Source of the DNA: Lama glama
Lineage: Eukaryota
DNA length: 64,000 nt
Assembly (NCBI GenBank): GCA_028534125.1
Contig: CM052851.1
Span: 5,518,001-5,582,000, forward strand
Direction: 5' to 3'
Shown one piece after another: positions 1-15,800 of this stretch (the stretch's first letter is position 1; each line of letters opens with the position of its first letter). The translations under genes and the position numbers were made by a program. A model generated the notes under the pieces. The model ran no database searches, was not told where the DNA came from, and worked only from the letters and a program-made list of their open reading frames with translations.

Positions 1-250
1 GTGCCTTAGAAGTGACCCAGATACAAGTCAGTTGGATACCAGTCTGTTGGAAACAGCTGCCCAGAGCAACTCAAACCTGAGTCTCAGAGATCCCAGGCCG
101 GGCAGGGAGGTTCCCCCTCAGCTCACCCTCTCCTGGGTGCAGCCCCACCTGCATCCCCTCCCAGACCCAGCATGGCCCATTGCATTTCTTGTGGTGCCCT
201 TGAACCCACCACCCAGGAATGCACATGAGAAGACCTTCCATTTCATACCT

Positions 251-256
251 TTTATT
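251..256 (-). terminator. Poly(A) signal AATAAA, probable TMEM151A 3' end
   Basis: tttatt on + about 1.1 kb downstream of the TMEM151A stop. Confidence 0.65.
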
Positions 257-1375
257 TTATCTGCATCCTCTCCCTCCTCCCTCCCCCACCGGCCCCTGAG
301 AGGGGTTGAAGCCCCAGTTGGAAGGGAAGGGACTATTCTCTCCTCCCTAGGGGAGGGATGTTGTCCCCTGGGCCAGGCCCCACCTATGGGGGAAGCTGGG
401 ACCTCCATGGAAGAACAAAGGCATCGTCCAAGAGGCTGTGGCTGAGACTGAGGCCCCTCAGATGCCCTGTAGCCCTGAGCCCCGTGGGTCATCAGGAAGG
501 CGAAGAGCAGAGAGGTTGGGGCGGGGTGGGGCAATGAGAGGACATAGCCTGGAGGGTGTGTGCGTGGCTGACAAGAGGCAGACGTGGACTTCAGAGGGCA
601 GAAGCAGAGACCAGAGCATATGGAATTGAGGTGGGGCCATGAGAAGGAACCCTGGGTTACAGGGGTAATTGGATGTGGCAGAGGGTGTACCAGGGGAAAC
701 GGTGGGCAGCAGAGAGGGCAAGGCTGTGCTACAAGAACCAGGCTCCCAGTAGAGCAGCTGCGCCACAGGGTCTGATCAGGGACTGGCCCTGAGCAGAGGC
801 CAGAGGGCAGGCCGGGAGGGGCCTGTCAGGGAAGGAGGATGGGGACTTTGGGAGTGTAGTGGGGCTGAGGCCGCGGTGTTGCCATAGCTCTTCAGGTTCG
901 CGGATGCCAGCCAAGCTCGGCACAGCCCCAAACCACCAAGTTGTGCTTCTGGGTTGCCCGAGGGCCCCCAATGTGGCCTCAGCCATTCAGGGAAGAGTCC
1001 ACAGGCAGCCCTCTGCTGCAGGAAACAGCTGTCCCCAGGACTCCTCCCCCTTCCCAAGCTTTCTGGAAACTTCCTTCCCTGCCCTGCCTGAGAGGCCCCC
1101 AAGCTAGATCGTCTGCCATCACAGGGGGTGGAACATGGCGGTGGTGGTGGAGAGGGAGCCATGCTGGGACGGTTCATAGACTCAACTTCGGTGGTGTCCA
1201 TTTGCCCCCAAAATGACCACGATCACTGCATGTTAGTCTGTTTAAGGGCTCTACCCCCACCCCCACCCATTGTGTGCTGGTCTGTTTTCCCTCCTGTTTT
1301 GGACAACAAGTACTCAGGCATCAAAGCCGGTGGTGGGGCGGTGGGGAGAGGGCCACTCAGGGGGCCACGTGGGTC

Positions 1376-5053
<3,678 letters not shown>

Positions 5054-5194
5054 GGTGTCCTGGCTGCTTGGGCGGCCGCCGCCCGGGCCCGGGGCATGAT
5101 AGAGGGGAACGCTGAGGGCTGCGGCGCGGCCCCGAAGGGCGTCCGCTCGGCTCAGCGGCCGCGGAGGGAGTGCGCGGAGCTCGAGCCCGAGCGC

Positions 5195-5218
5195 GGCGGC
5201 GGCGGCGGCGGCGGCGGC
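5195..5218. repeat. (GGC)8 / (GCC)8 trinucleotide repeat in the TMEM151A leader
   Basis: ggcggcggcggcggcggcggcggc read directly. Confidence 0.9.
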
Positions 5219-6756
5219 GTTGGCGGCAGCGGTGCCCGGCGCCCCGCCCTCTGCTGACCCCGCCCCCGCGGCACCCGCGGCTCCACTGGCAGCGCCTGGC
5301 ACCACGGGCGCTGCCGCCGCCCCCAGAAGCCCTGGCTGGGCGGACGGACGCCTGGGTTCCCCTCCTGCCGCGCTCTAGCTTGCGACCTTGGACGAGTCCT
5401 TGCTCTCTGGGGTCTGAGTTATCCCTGCAGTAAAATGAGGAGAGGGAACTCATAGATGGGTAAGGATCCGCGGGGTCTCATCTTTGAGGAGTAAGTCCAG
5501 GCCTAAGCCCACCTAGACCCCACCCCTGAAGCCTCCCTTGTGGTAGAGGGGGCAGTTACAGCCCTGAAAGGTATGGTGAGTCTCATCGGCTTGACAGAGG
5601 AGCTGGACTCCACATACAGCAGGCAAACAGGAGGCCAGGACACCCGAGCCCTAGGCTTTGTGGCCTTGAGTTGGCACGCTGCCCCCCAAACCTCAGTTTT
5701 CCCACCTGAGAAATGGGGATGGAAAAGTGTTGGGTTCAATGCACATTCATCATGCAGGATTTGTCCTGCATGAGAGGACTCCCTCCCAGGTACTGGTGGC
5801 CCCAGTGCTGCTCCCTGGTCCTTAGGAGCCTCAGATCATCACATCTGCCCCTGGGTCAGGGCCTAGCCCCCAAGGTAGACAATCAGTGGGTAGGACATAG
5901 GCAGCTGCAAAGCTAGGTGGGTTTTGTTTTGTTTCGTGATTTTTTTTCCCCAAAGAGCAACACATAGACAATTTGGTTCAATATCCCTACCCATTTAAAG
6001 ATGGGGTAACAGAAATGATAGATAGAGGAAAGGACTGACCCAGAGTTTCATCCATTTATTTTTTACTTATTGGTCACAGATGTTTATTGTGTGCCTTCTA
6101 TATGCAAGTACTGTGTTTGGCATTGTGAAGATAAAGGTAGAAGTGGAGAATGACAAACCACTGTACTGAGAGGAAGCCTAGAATCTGGCCTCCAGCCTCC
6201 TCCCCAAGCCGGATCAGGACTCTGTTCCCTTTATCTCTCTAAGAGACACAAGTTGAACTGACTCTTAAAGGATTTATCTAGGTTTTAGATAAGTGGATAT
6301 GGAGGGGAAGGGCACTTCAGGAGGAGGGAACTTCTGGGCAAAGGCACTGTGATTGGACCACATGGATTGAGTCTGAAGAACAGGTAGGTCACCTGGTGTA
6401 ATTGGACACTGGGTAGCTAACTAGAGGCAGGTTGCAGAGGACCTGCTCTGTAGAAAGTGGCTGGAGGTCTGTGAGAAGGGAGGCCCCCAAAGACTGTCTT
6501 CGGGGAAGGTGGGAATGAGAGAAAGGAGCCCCTGAGATTACGAATGAGGCTTGGGGGTCTCACTTTGAGATGACTGCAGGGCTGGCAATGACTCAGGAGT
6601 TTCAACAGCAGCTTCAGGAGAAGAATCAGCACACCTCCACCCACAAATCACCTGGACTACAAGAGAGTTAAAGGGCCGAGACTGGTGCAGGATCCTATCC
6701 CAACTATTACCACTCAGTTTCTGGGACTTCAGATCTGAACCTCAGGTTTTCAGTAT

Positions 6757-6797
6757 GTGGCGTGTGTGTGCGTGTGCGTGTGTTCGCGCGCGCGCGC
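6757..6797. repeat. Alternating purine-pyrimidine (TG/CG)n tract ending in (CG)6C
   Basis: gtggcgtgtgtgtgcgtgtgcgtgtgttcgcgcgcgcgcgc. Confidence 0.8.
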
Positions 6798-6859
6798 TCG
6801 TATCGAGCTCAGCAGCAGGTCCCAGGGTCTGCAGAATGGCAGCAGTGGCGGTAGGGCAT

Positions 6860-6886
6860 TTCAGCACCAAGACAACGGACAGCACC
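6860..6886 (+). promoter_or_regulatory. Non-canonical (8-nt spacer) RE1/NRSE REST-binding site
   Basis: TTCAGCACC-aagacaac-GGACAGCACC: both RE1 half-sites match consensus. Confidence 0.7.
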
Positions 6887-6939
6887 CGAGCCGAATAGAG
6901 GGGTGGGAGGCGGGAGGAGGAGTCAGCATCCAGGAACTC

Positions 6940-7900
6940 GCTTAGCCGCGCTGTGACTGCTCGGCCCGGCCGCCTACCAACACCCGCCCGGATTACCCGA
7001 GCTCTGCGCCAGGACTGGGAGAAATATGGAGGGCAGAGAAGGAAAGCTAGCATTAAGAGAGAGGAACAAGAGCCCAGAGGGACAGGGCTTGGTCACAATG
7101 GGGCCCCACCACCCCCATTCCCTCCTGGAGTAAGTCCTGCGAGTGACGCTTCCTTCCCGGATTCCAGCCGCCGCCTGTCTCCGCCAGGTCTCTGCCTGCT
7201 GTAGTCGTGGCACGGCGAGCGTCAATTGCCCCCACTGCGCAGGCGCGGAAATAATTCTCAACACCCTCCTACCTTAACCCATCTATTGGCTACTCCGGCC
7301 GCGAACTAACAACCATTATCCAATCCGAGAGTGCCTCAAATTGCTCCGCCTATTCCGCTGCCCGGAAGTTGACTATTACCGAATCCGCTTCGGCGAGGGC
7401 GCGCCAGTAGCCAATTGGGAGAGGGGAGTAGGGAAGCCTGTGCCTCTGAGGAGCCAATGGCAGGCGGCAGAGGATGACGCTACCGACATGGCTGCTGTGG
7501 TCCGACAATTCGGGGACGTGTCGGGCTGTTCGGTAACCTCGGTCGGTGCTTAGGAAGCGGAGCAGCTGCCTCACTAGTATTCGTACCCACAAGGCGGCGC
7601 AGCGGGCCCTCGGAGACAGCGAGCGTCGGGGCCATGGCTTATCACTCGGGCTACGGAGCCCACGGTGCGTGAGGCGCGGGGCGGGCGGGGCGCGGACCGA
7701 CCCGCCGAAGGAGGGTCGGCGGCGCGGCCCGCTCACCCTAAGGGAGAGGGGCGACCGCGAGCACTGCCCAAGGCGGCAGATGTCTTTCGGGTTCCTGCCG
7801 GGTGAGACTCGGCAACGCGTCCCGGACTTTGCCCTCTCGGCCCAAATGAGATCAGATCGGGCGGTGACAGCAGTGCTGGGATCCCCGTGCCCGACTCGGG
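6940..7900 (+). promoter_or_regulatory. CpG island promoter of YIF1A with multiple CCAAT boxes, an NRF1-like site and an ETS site
   Basis: ATTGG/CCAAT at ~7286, 7320, 7411 and 7454; TGCGCAGGCGC ~7236; CCGGAAGT ~7362. All lie upstream of the ATG at 7634. Confidence 0.75.
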
Positions 7901-10900
7901 CATGGATGGGGCCTGCCTCCCAAACTTCCTTCCCTGTCATGACTCTGGTAGGATTCTTGACCGCTGCCCAGGGCCTCCGAGTACCCAGCCGTCGCCTTTC
8001 CCACATCGTTCATGTGAGGATGCCCTCCCTTCTCTCTTCCACCTAGCAAACTTCTACTCAAGTCTCCAAGGCTCAGTTCAGAGATCATTTCCCTTGAGGA
8101 GGCCCCCAGGAACCCTCAGGCGAGGATCACTTCCAGGAGCAGCTGCCTCAGCTCTTTCTTTGCCCACATTTAGCACCACTCCAAAAGGATCCCTCATTAA
8201 AGTTCTTCTGGGTTAGCTACCCAGCCCCCCATCCAAGCTAGTTTCCCTCTCTGATTGCTTGGTGCTCCCAGGACCCATACAGGGCTGCCCAGCTTGGGGA
8301 AGGGATGGTGGCTTGGACTCATGCTTGATATTTCTGTCACCTACTCTGGTACCTACAAACCCACAGGCTCCAAGCACAGGGTCCGGGCAGCTCCGGATCC
8401 CCCTCCCCTCTTCGATGACACAAGCGGTGGTTACTCCAGCCAGCCAGGGGGATACCCAGCCCCAGGAGCTGAAGTGGCCTTCAATGTCAACCACTTGCTT
8501 GGGGACCCAGTGGCCAACGTGGCTATGGCCTATGGCAGCTCCATCGCATCCCATGGGAAGGACATGGTGCACAAGGAGGTGTGGCCCACCCCCGGGGCAA
8601 GGGTGGCAGGATTTCTGGCCAGGGCTGGGGCATCACGGGATCCCACCTAATCATCACAGCAGCTCTCAGGGAAAGAGCACACAGAGGAGCACCTTGAGGT
8701 TTGGGGTGCAGCTTGCCCACAACCTCTTCTCTCCCCTCACAGCTACACCGTTTTGTGTCTGTGAACAAACTGAAGTATTTTTTCGCTGTGGACACAGCCT
8801 ATGTGGCCAAGAAGCTAGGGCTGCTGGTCTTCCCCTACACACACCAGGTGAGCCACCTACCAGGTGAGCTGGTGGGCCCCCTTGCCTCCCTCATCCTGCC
8901 CCACAGTCTGACTGCCAGATCTCAACCCCCTTCTTTCCTCTCTTCTGGTCTTTTCCTCCTAACCTGGCTGCTGCTGCTACCACCAGAACTGGGAAGTGCA
9001 GTACAGTTGTGATGTGCCTCTGCCCCCACGGCAAGACCTCAATGCCCCTGACCTCTATATTCCCAGTGAGTCTTTGACCTGGGTTGGGGGGTGTGGAGGG
9101 ACATGTGCCTTGAGGCACCAGTGAGAAGAGAGAGTCTCACACATTTATTCAGCATCTGCTCTTTGTGCTTTTGTGTGTGGCTTTGGTAGTGTCACTAGAC
9201 ACCAGGCAGACCAGGTAGACAGAGTAGGGTGATCAGTAAGCAGCTTCCTGGCTGTGCCTTCAGTGCCCTCAGGGTCCTCCCTTTTGAGACCTTCCTGCCA
9301 TTTAGACTTAGACCTTGTCCTTCCCCAGCCTGGAGCCCTGGGTTTAGACCTGGCCTTTCACCTTCCAGCTATGGGACCTCAGGTGGCTACTTTCATGCTT
9401 TTGAAAAACCAGAATAACAACAAGTCCTACCACAAAGGATCGTTGTGGAAACTCAGTGAGGTGATGTGTGCTCAGCACAGCACCTGGCACCCAGGAAGCC
9501 TGCAGTAAATATTAGCTATTACCATTGTTATGGCTTGTCCCCCAAGGACTGCTCCAATGTCCCCTCCTCTGAGGAAGTGGTTACTCCCTTCTGGGTTCCC
9601 ACAACTGCCTGTTCACATGGCCTGGGTCAGGCTGCCCACCCTGTGCGGTGGCTGGCAGACTCTGCATCTGACTCCTCTGAGTCCTGGGGCCTGCACAAGG
9701 CGTGGCCCATGGGGGACACGCTGGATTAGGAGTGAGTGTGCCCAGACCAGCCCTCAGAAGGGTTTCCAGGAGGGCAGCCGGTGGTAGTGAGGGCAGCCAG
9801 CCAGCCCACGTGCCCTGGGAGGGACACAAGTTCTTCTTCCTTCCATTCTGTGTCCCTGTCATAGTCACCACATAAGGCAGGAACTGCCATCCCCAGCTTT
9901 GACATTGTTGAAGCCAAAGCTCAGATTTGTGTATCTTTGAGGACACACACTCACACACACAACTTATAGGTGGTAGAGCTGGTTTCCTGACTGCCCTCTT
10001 GTGGGCACGTCAGTTCTGGTGCTTTCAGGGAGCAGAGGACAGGACTGATGAGTTGAAATTGCTATGAAAGCCCAGTTCTCATCTCAGGTTTTGTGAAAAT
10101 AGCAGACATAAATGTGGAGCTCTGCATTGGCAGTGTGCCCAGAACTGTAGCCAGTGCCAATGGCCAGGCTTAAAATTCCTGGCTGAGGTGAGGTCATCCC
10201 CATGGCCTGGACTCAGGGACAGCACGGGTTGTCTGCTGAGCCTGCATTTCAGTCCTGTAGTCTTGCCTGAGATCACTTTGGCCCCTACCTGTTGGTCTTC
10301 GATGAGCAATGACCTTGGCCTGTGATACAATTTCTGAGATACAAAAGGAAACTGGTGAGTTTCCTAGTACAGGGACAGGGAAGGAGGTGGTTTGGTGGTC
10401 CTGAGAGAAGGACCAGGTGGCATTTACACAGGAGGAGAGGGCTGAGCTGGGAGAGGCATCCCAGGCAGGGCTGAGTGTGGAGGTTGGGCATGTTGGGATC
10501 CACAGGGAAGGAAGTATGGGGGGGAAGTTGGAGGTGTCAGTGGCTCTGAATACCTGGGGTTGGAGGCTCTGGTTGAGGAAACTAGGCTGATGGCATCTCT
10601 CTGGTTCTTGGCAGCAATGGCCTTCATCACCTATGTGCTGCTGGCTGGGATGGCACTGGGCATTCAGAAAAGGTTAGTGCCAGCCCCTTCCCCATTCCCA
10701 CCATTTCCTCACTCCTGACTCCTCACCTCCCTAGGGGATCTGTGCCAGCTCCCAAGTCCACCCCATGCCCCCAGCCTCACACCTGCCACAGGATGCCTGG
10801 TTTTAAACTCACCTCACCCCACCCCCACGTGGTCACAGGTTCTCCCCAGAGGTGCTGGGCCTGTGTGCAAGCACAGCGCTGGTGTGGGTCGTGTTGGAGG

Positions 10901-11812
10901 TACTAGCGCTGCTCCTGGGCATCTACCTGGCCACCGTGCGCAGTGACCTGAGCACCTTCCACCTGCTGGCCTACAGCGGCTACAAATATGTGGGGTGAGC
11001 ACCTGTGGGCCAAGCGGGAGGCTGATCTGGGTGGGGGGTGCCTGCCACCCTGGGTTGCTGGCCTGCATAGCTGTAGCCTCGAATTGTGACCATGGACACC
11101 CTCTGATCCCCTCTGGGCCTCCAGCTCTTCTCCAGTATAGGGCCCATCTGTTTTCAGCACACTCCCCAGGAACTGTGTAGTGCTGTGCAAGGTCAGGGAT
11201 GTTTATTGAGAGTCACCCTGGGAGCACAGGGGAGAGGGGCCTTGAGCTGGGGTAGTGAAGGAGGTCTCAGATCCAGGTCCTTGGGCTGAGTCCTGCCCTT
11301 CCAGATTCATTTTGAGTCTATGTCCCTATAGGGGCAGATTGGGAGTAAAGGGCCCTGGTGATGGTAGGTGGGGTCTAGGCTAGGCCCTAGGGCCTGACAG
11401 GTGGTGTCAGTCTCAGGCCTGGACCCTTGAGAGGTCTCCAACTTTCTCTTCCTCCCTCCCCCACCCCACCCCCTGCAGGATGATCCTCAGTGTTCTGACC
11501 GGCCTGCTCTTTGGCAGTGATGGCTACTACGTGGCACTGGCCTGGACTTCGTCTGCGCTCATGTACTTCATCGTGAGTCTGGGGTCGGCCCCTCTTCCCC
11601 TGGGGTTGGAGCTGGGGACAAGTCCCCCTGTCCTGAGCCAGCTTCAGCTCTCTCCTGTCTTCCAGGTTCGCTCTTTCCGAACAGCAGCCCTGGGCCCTGA
11701 CAGCATGGGTGGCCCGGCTCCCCGGCAACGTCTCCAGCTCTACCTGACTCTGGGAGCTGCAGCCTTCCAGCCCCTCATCATATACTGGTTGACCTTCCAC
11801 CTGATCCGGTGA
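7634..11812 (+). CDS. YIF1A: Yip1-interacting factor homolog A (ER-Golgi membrane trafficking protein), 8 coding exons
   Basis: Exons 7634-7664, 8367-8578, 8743-8847, 8987-9065, 10615-10672, 10839-10994, 11479-11572, 11666-11812. All introns are GT-AG. The total of 882 nt gives 293 aa ([15 protein letters not shown]...[17 protein letters not shown]...YWLTFHLIR*). Confidence 0.97.
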
Positions 11813-12259
11813 CCCCGGGTCCCCACCAGCACTGATTTTTCCATACATTGAAGATTTGATTTCCTTGATTTCATTTGACCCTTGTTTCTGGGGCTTGAGA
11901 GGGGAATTGCTACCACCTCTGGACTTTTGCATTGCCCAGGGGACCAGACTTGGGCTTTCTCGGAGCAGTGGGACCCAGGGAGGGCTTTCTGGATGAACTT
12001 GATACTGCCTTGGAAGGCAGATGGAAGTATTTCAGCAGAAATAGCTGTTTACCTGTGCCAGGAAAGTGAGGATGGAAAGGGGCAGCTGCTAAGGAGACCC
12101 CGAAGGCCTCTGATTCATCTGAGGGGGTCTGTGGACTAGTGGGATGAGCCTAGCTGTGCAGAGGATTTAGCCCAGGGCTGCTCCCTATATCGTTCCTTTG
12201 CCCCCATCTCCTCTTTAAGCCTTTCAGGAGTAGAACCGGGGCCCACATGTTTGCAGGAG

Positions 12260-12265
12260 TTTATT
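12260..12265 (-). terminator. Poly(A) signal AATAAA of CNIH2
   Basis: tttatt on + about 590 nt downstream of the CNIH2 stop. Confidence 0.75.
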
Positions 12266-12856
12266 CATATTTTGTCACAAATGGCCAGGGAAGGGGTGCC
12301 GGACTCCTCCAGGCAACATAGAAAACAGGTCCAAGAGAGACAGGGTAGGCTGGGGTTGGGGCAAGTGGGGATAGGGAGGGGTCTGGAGAGAGCCTGGGGG
12401 AGGGGAGAGGGCAGACTAGGGGTGGGGCTGCCCCCCTGCTGAGCCTGCTCATTCCCGGTGTGGGTACCCCCCCACCTGCAGGGGGAGCCTCAGGGTGGGG
12501 GGTGGAGGGGAGCGGCCCAGAACTTACAGGGTCAAGCCCTACCCCTTGGCAGGGCCTAAGTTCCCCCTGAAGTGGACAAGGCCGGAGGTCCCGCCCCTTC
12601 CAGGACTGACTGCCATGCCCACAGGCTGGCAGAGGAGCTCCTGCCCCTATTGAGAGCTCTGCCCAGCCCTAGTCCAAGGGAAGGGGGCTCTGAAGGCGGG
12701 AAGTCCCCGCAGCAGCAGTTTGGGGGGTGAAGAGGAGGCTGGGGGCACCAGTGCCCCCTCCCTCCCCAGGGCTGTGGCCTCTGTGGCCCAGGGGAAGGGC
12801 TGGGGGTGCACAGGCGTCCGGTCCGTTCTGGGCTTGCTCCCTGGCCGGCTTCCCCC

Positions 12857-15800
12857 TTAGAAACTCACCAACGTATAAACCATACTGTGGGAAGATGAGG
12901 CAGTGAGCCAAGTAATGAGTAGAGCAGACTATTGGCCACCCACCCTGTCACGCCCTAGGTTGCCCTCAGTCTTCAAGGGCAAAGGGCAGGAACTTGGAGC
13001 CCAGCCACTCCTGGGATTGGAGGGATGGTGCCTGGAGCATCCCTTCCCAGATTTCTGACTGCCATGGGCAGGGTCTCACCTGTACAGGTAATAGAAGAAG
13101 GAGAGCAGGTAGAAGGCGAGTTTGCACCAGGACTCCTTCTGGCAGTAGTTGAGGATGTCGGCATTCATGATGGAGACCGCGTCATACATGACCTCAGAGC
13201 CATCCGCAGGGCGGTGGAAGTACCTGAGGTGAGGGAGTGGCCTGAATGCCCACTCTCAAGGCTCACACCCCTGTCCTGCCCCCTAGCCCCCCATCTCACC
13301 CTCTGGTGCCAGCTGCTACTCTCACCTCCAGAGGTGGTAGAAGAGGAGGGGGATGTTGAGGCCCAGGGTCACCCACTCTGCTGCACACAGAAACATCAGA
13401 CAGAAGAGGCCGTGGATGGAGTATTCCGGGACCACCAGCTGGAGAGTGAGGGTGAGAGGTCAGTGGCCAGGGGCTTGGACAGACCCAAGCTTTAAGGGCA
13501 CATGGGAGGTGCCCACCCCCATGACCTCTGTGAAGTAAAGGGCCTCTAGCCTCCCACTCCTTCCCACATGGGGAAACGAATCAGAAGGGCCCCAGAGGAG
13601 GAAGGCCCGGCTCTGGGTCCCTGAGAGTGAGGCCGACATGGACTAGGAGCCTCCTGCCCCAAGCCTTGACACTGACCTTCCTCAGGAGGCAGCAGATGCG
13701 TTCGATGTTTTTTAAACGCTCGCGCTGTAGGGGGAGGAAAAGACCGCAATGGAAGAGGCAGAGGAGCGGACATTGGGGGCGCCCCCCCAACTCTCCTGCG
13801 CCCCCCACCGCCCTGCACGTGGCCGCCAGGGGGCGCCAGAGCAGATTCTGCAGCTTGTCGGCGCGGTAGGGAAGCAGCCGCGCCGTCCCCATGGCAACAG
13901 TCACCATGGAGGGATCTTCACCCGCGTCTCCACGGCAACGGCCTAGAGCCTGGCAACGGCCGCCCTGCCAGGAGGAACCCGAGCCCTGAGGCCGCACCAG
14001 GTGTTTGCTGGGGGCGGGGACACAAAGAGGAAGGGGTACAGCCGCTGTCCCGCCACCCGTCTTCCTGTCCCTCACCACCCTTCGCCCACGACAGATGGAA
14101 AGACAGACAGACGGACACACCTCAGCACAGCACATGTATCACTTACTGCCCGCGCTGGGTTCCCCTGGTCAATGGGGTTCTTGAAGTCGGTCCGCAGCTC
14201 GTCAAAGGCTATAATCTGGGGAAGGGGTGTGTGCTTGTCAGGGTTGGGGCAGCAGCTTATGACGCCCCCCATTCCTCTGTGACAGGGTTTCACATATGGG
14301 GATCAGATCAGATGGAGCTTGCTGCGAAGGTGGAGAAACTGAGGCCCAGGGAGGGGAGGGGCCTGGCCCAAGGTCACACAACAGTCTGGAATGTAACCCT
14401 AGTGTGCTGATGTCCAGTTCAGGACATGCCCACTACACCTCCATCCAAAACATCCCAAGAGATGGTGTCTTCTCTGCTGGGCCCGGTACTGAGCACTGGG
14501 GCTCCAGAAGCCTGGGACACAGCCCCTGCCTGAGAGGAACCTCAGGCTTGGGATGAGAACGGTGAACTACACTCTGGGGTGATCAGCGCTGTGGAGTACA
14601 AGAAGAACCTGGGATGGGTGCTTGATCCAGCCTGGGGCTCTATTTAGAAGCTCGATGGGGAGTTCAGGCTGGACTCTGAGTAGGTGTTTGGTGAACAAAT
14701 GGGGGAAGGGCAGTCTGAGCAGCAGGAACAGCAGGTACAAAGGCAGAAGGTTGAAAGAACAAGGAACATTCAGGAAGCTGCAGGTTCCACAGGGCAAGAG
14801 TGAAAGTGTGAGGCATGTGCGAAGAGAGAAGGGAATGGTGAAAGACAGGCTGGAGAGGTCAGTGGAGCCAGACGGGGGTGCCTTGTGAGGCTAGAACAGA
14901 TGTTCAGACTTTAACACAAAAGTAAAAGGGAGCCATTGAGGGATATAAAGTGGCCGAGTGGAGCGGGCAGTTTGATGAATTAGGGTTGACCGAGCAGGGC
15001 GTAGAAACTAACAGTTCCAGCCAAGACATACAAGATGCTTCCTCTATGCCAGCAGGCTTTATTAACTCACTTAATGCTCGCAACAACCTGATGACGTAGG
15101 TATTGGTGTTACTGTTTTCGTTTCGCAGATGAGTAAACAGATTAAGTGACTTGTCCAAGGCCACATACCTAGTTAGTGGCAAGCCAGGATTCAAACCCAG
15201 TTAGACTCCAGAGTTAAAAAATTTAACCACTTTACTATACTCAGGCCAGATCAGTGTAGGCCCCCGCCTGAAGGCTCTAGAGAATAAGCCATGGGCTAAA
15301 CTGATAAACAAGCTGTGCCTTCAGGCGGGGGTCTACAATCAGTCAGGGGATTGTTGGACTGTTGTGGTGGGGGCGGGGGAGGAGGCGTGGTGATGTGAGT
15401 GAGGAGAGTGGCATTGGGGATGGAGAGGTGTGGACGGATTCCAGAGCTATTTAGAAGCCAGACTCGAGAGAGCTTGAAAGGCAGTGATGTGGATGGAGGC
15501 AGAGGTGACTTTGGGTGTTGGGGCATTTGGTGGACGGCAGTGTCCTCACTGGGACAGAGAACTCTAAGGTAGGACAGGAGAGGATGGGATGGACCTAGGG
15601 GGAGCTGACAAGGGAGGAAGTTTGGTAGATGAGACTTCTGGGGTCCCCTCCCCTCAGCACCAGTGCTAGGATGAGGCAGCGGGCCCACCACCCCCAAGCA
15701 TCCCAGGCTCAAAGGGAGAGAACATGGTCTTCCTGGAGGGAGCTGGGGACATCTGGAGCAGCACCCCTCTACACTCCCCATTGACTCTGGGCAGCTGCCT

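Noticed and set aside
9008-9010. YIF1A Cys at a position I recall as Arg in human (YSCDV)
   Set aside because: The position appears variable among mammals; likely a neutral CpG transition.
13025-13495. 156-aa + strand ORF across CNIH2 exons 4-5
   Set aside because: Antisense shadow of real coding exons, with no independent gene structure.
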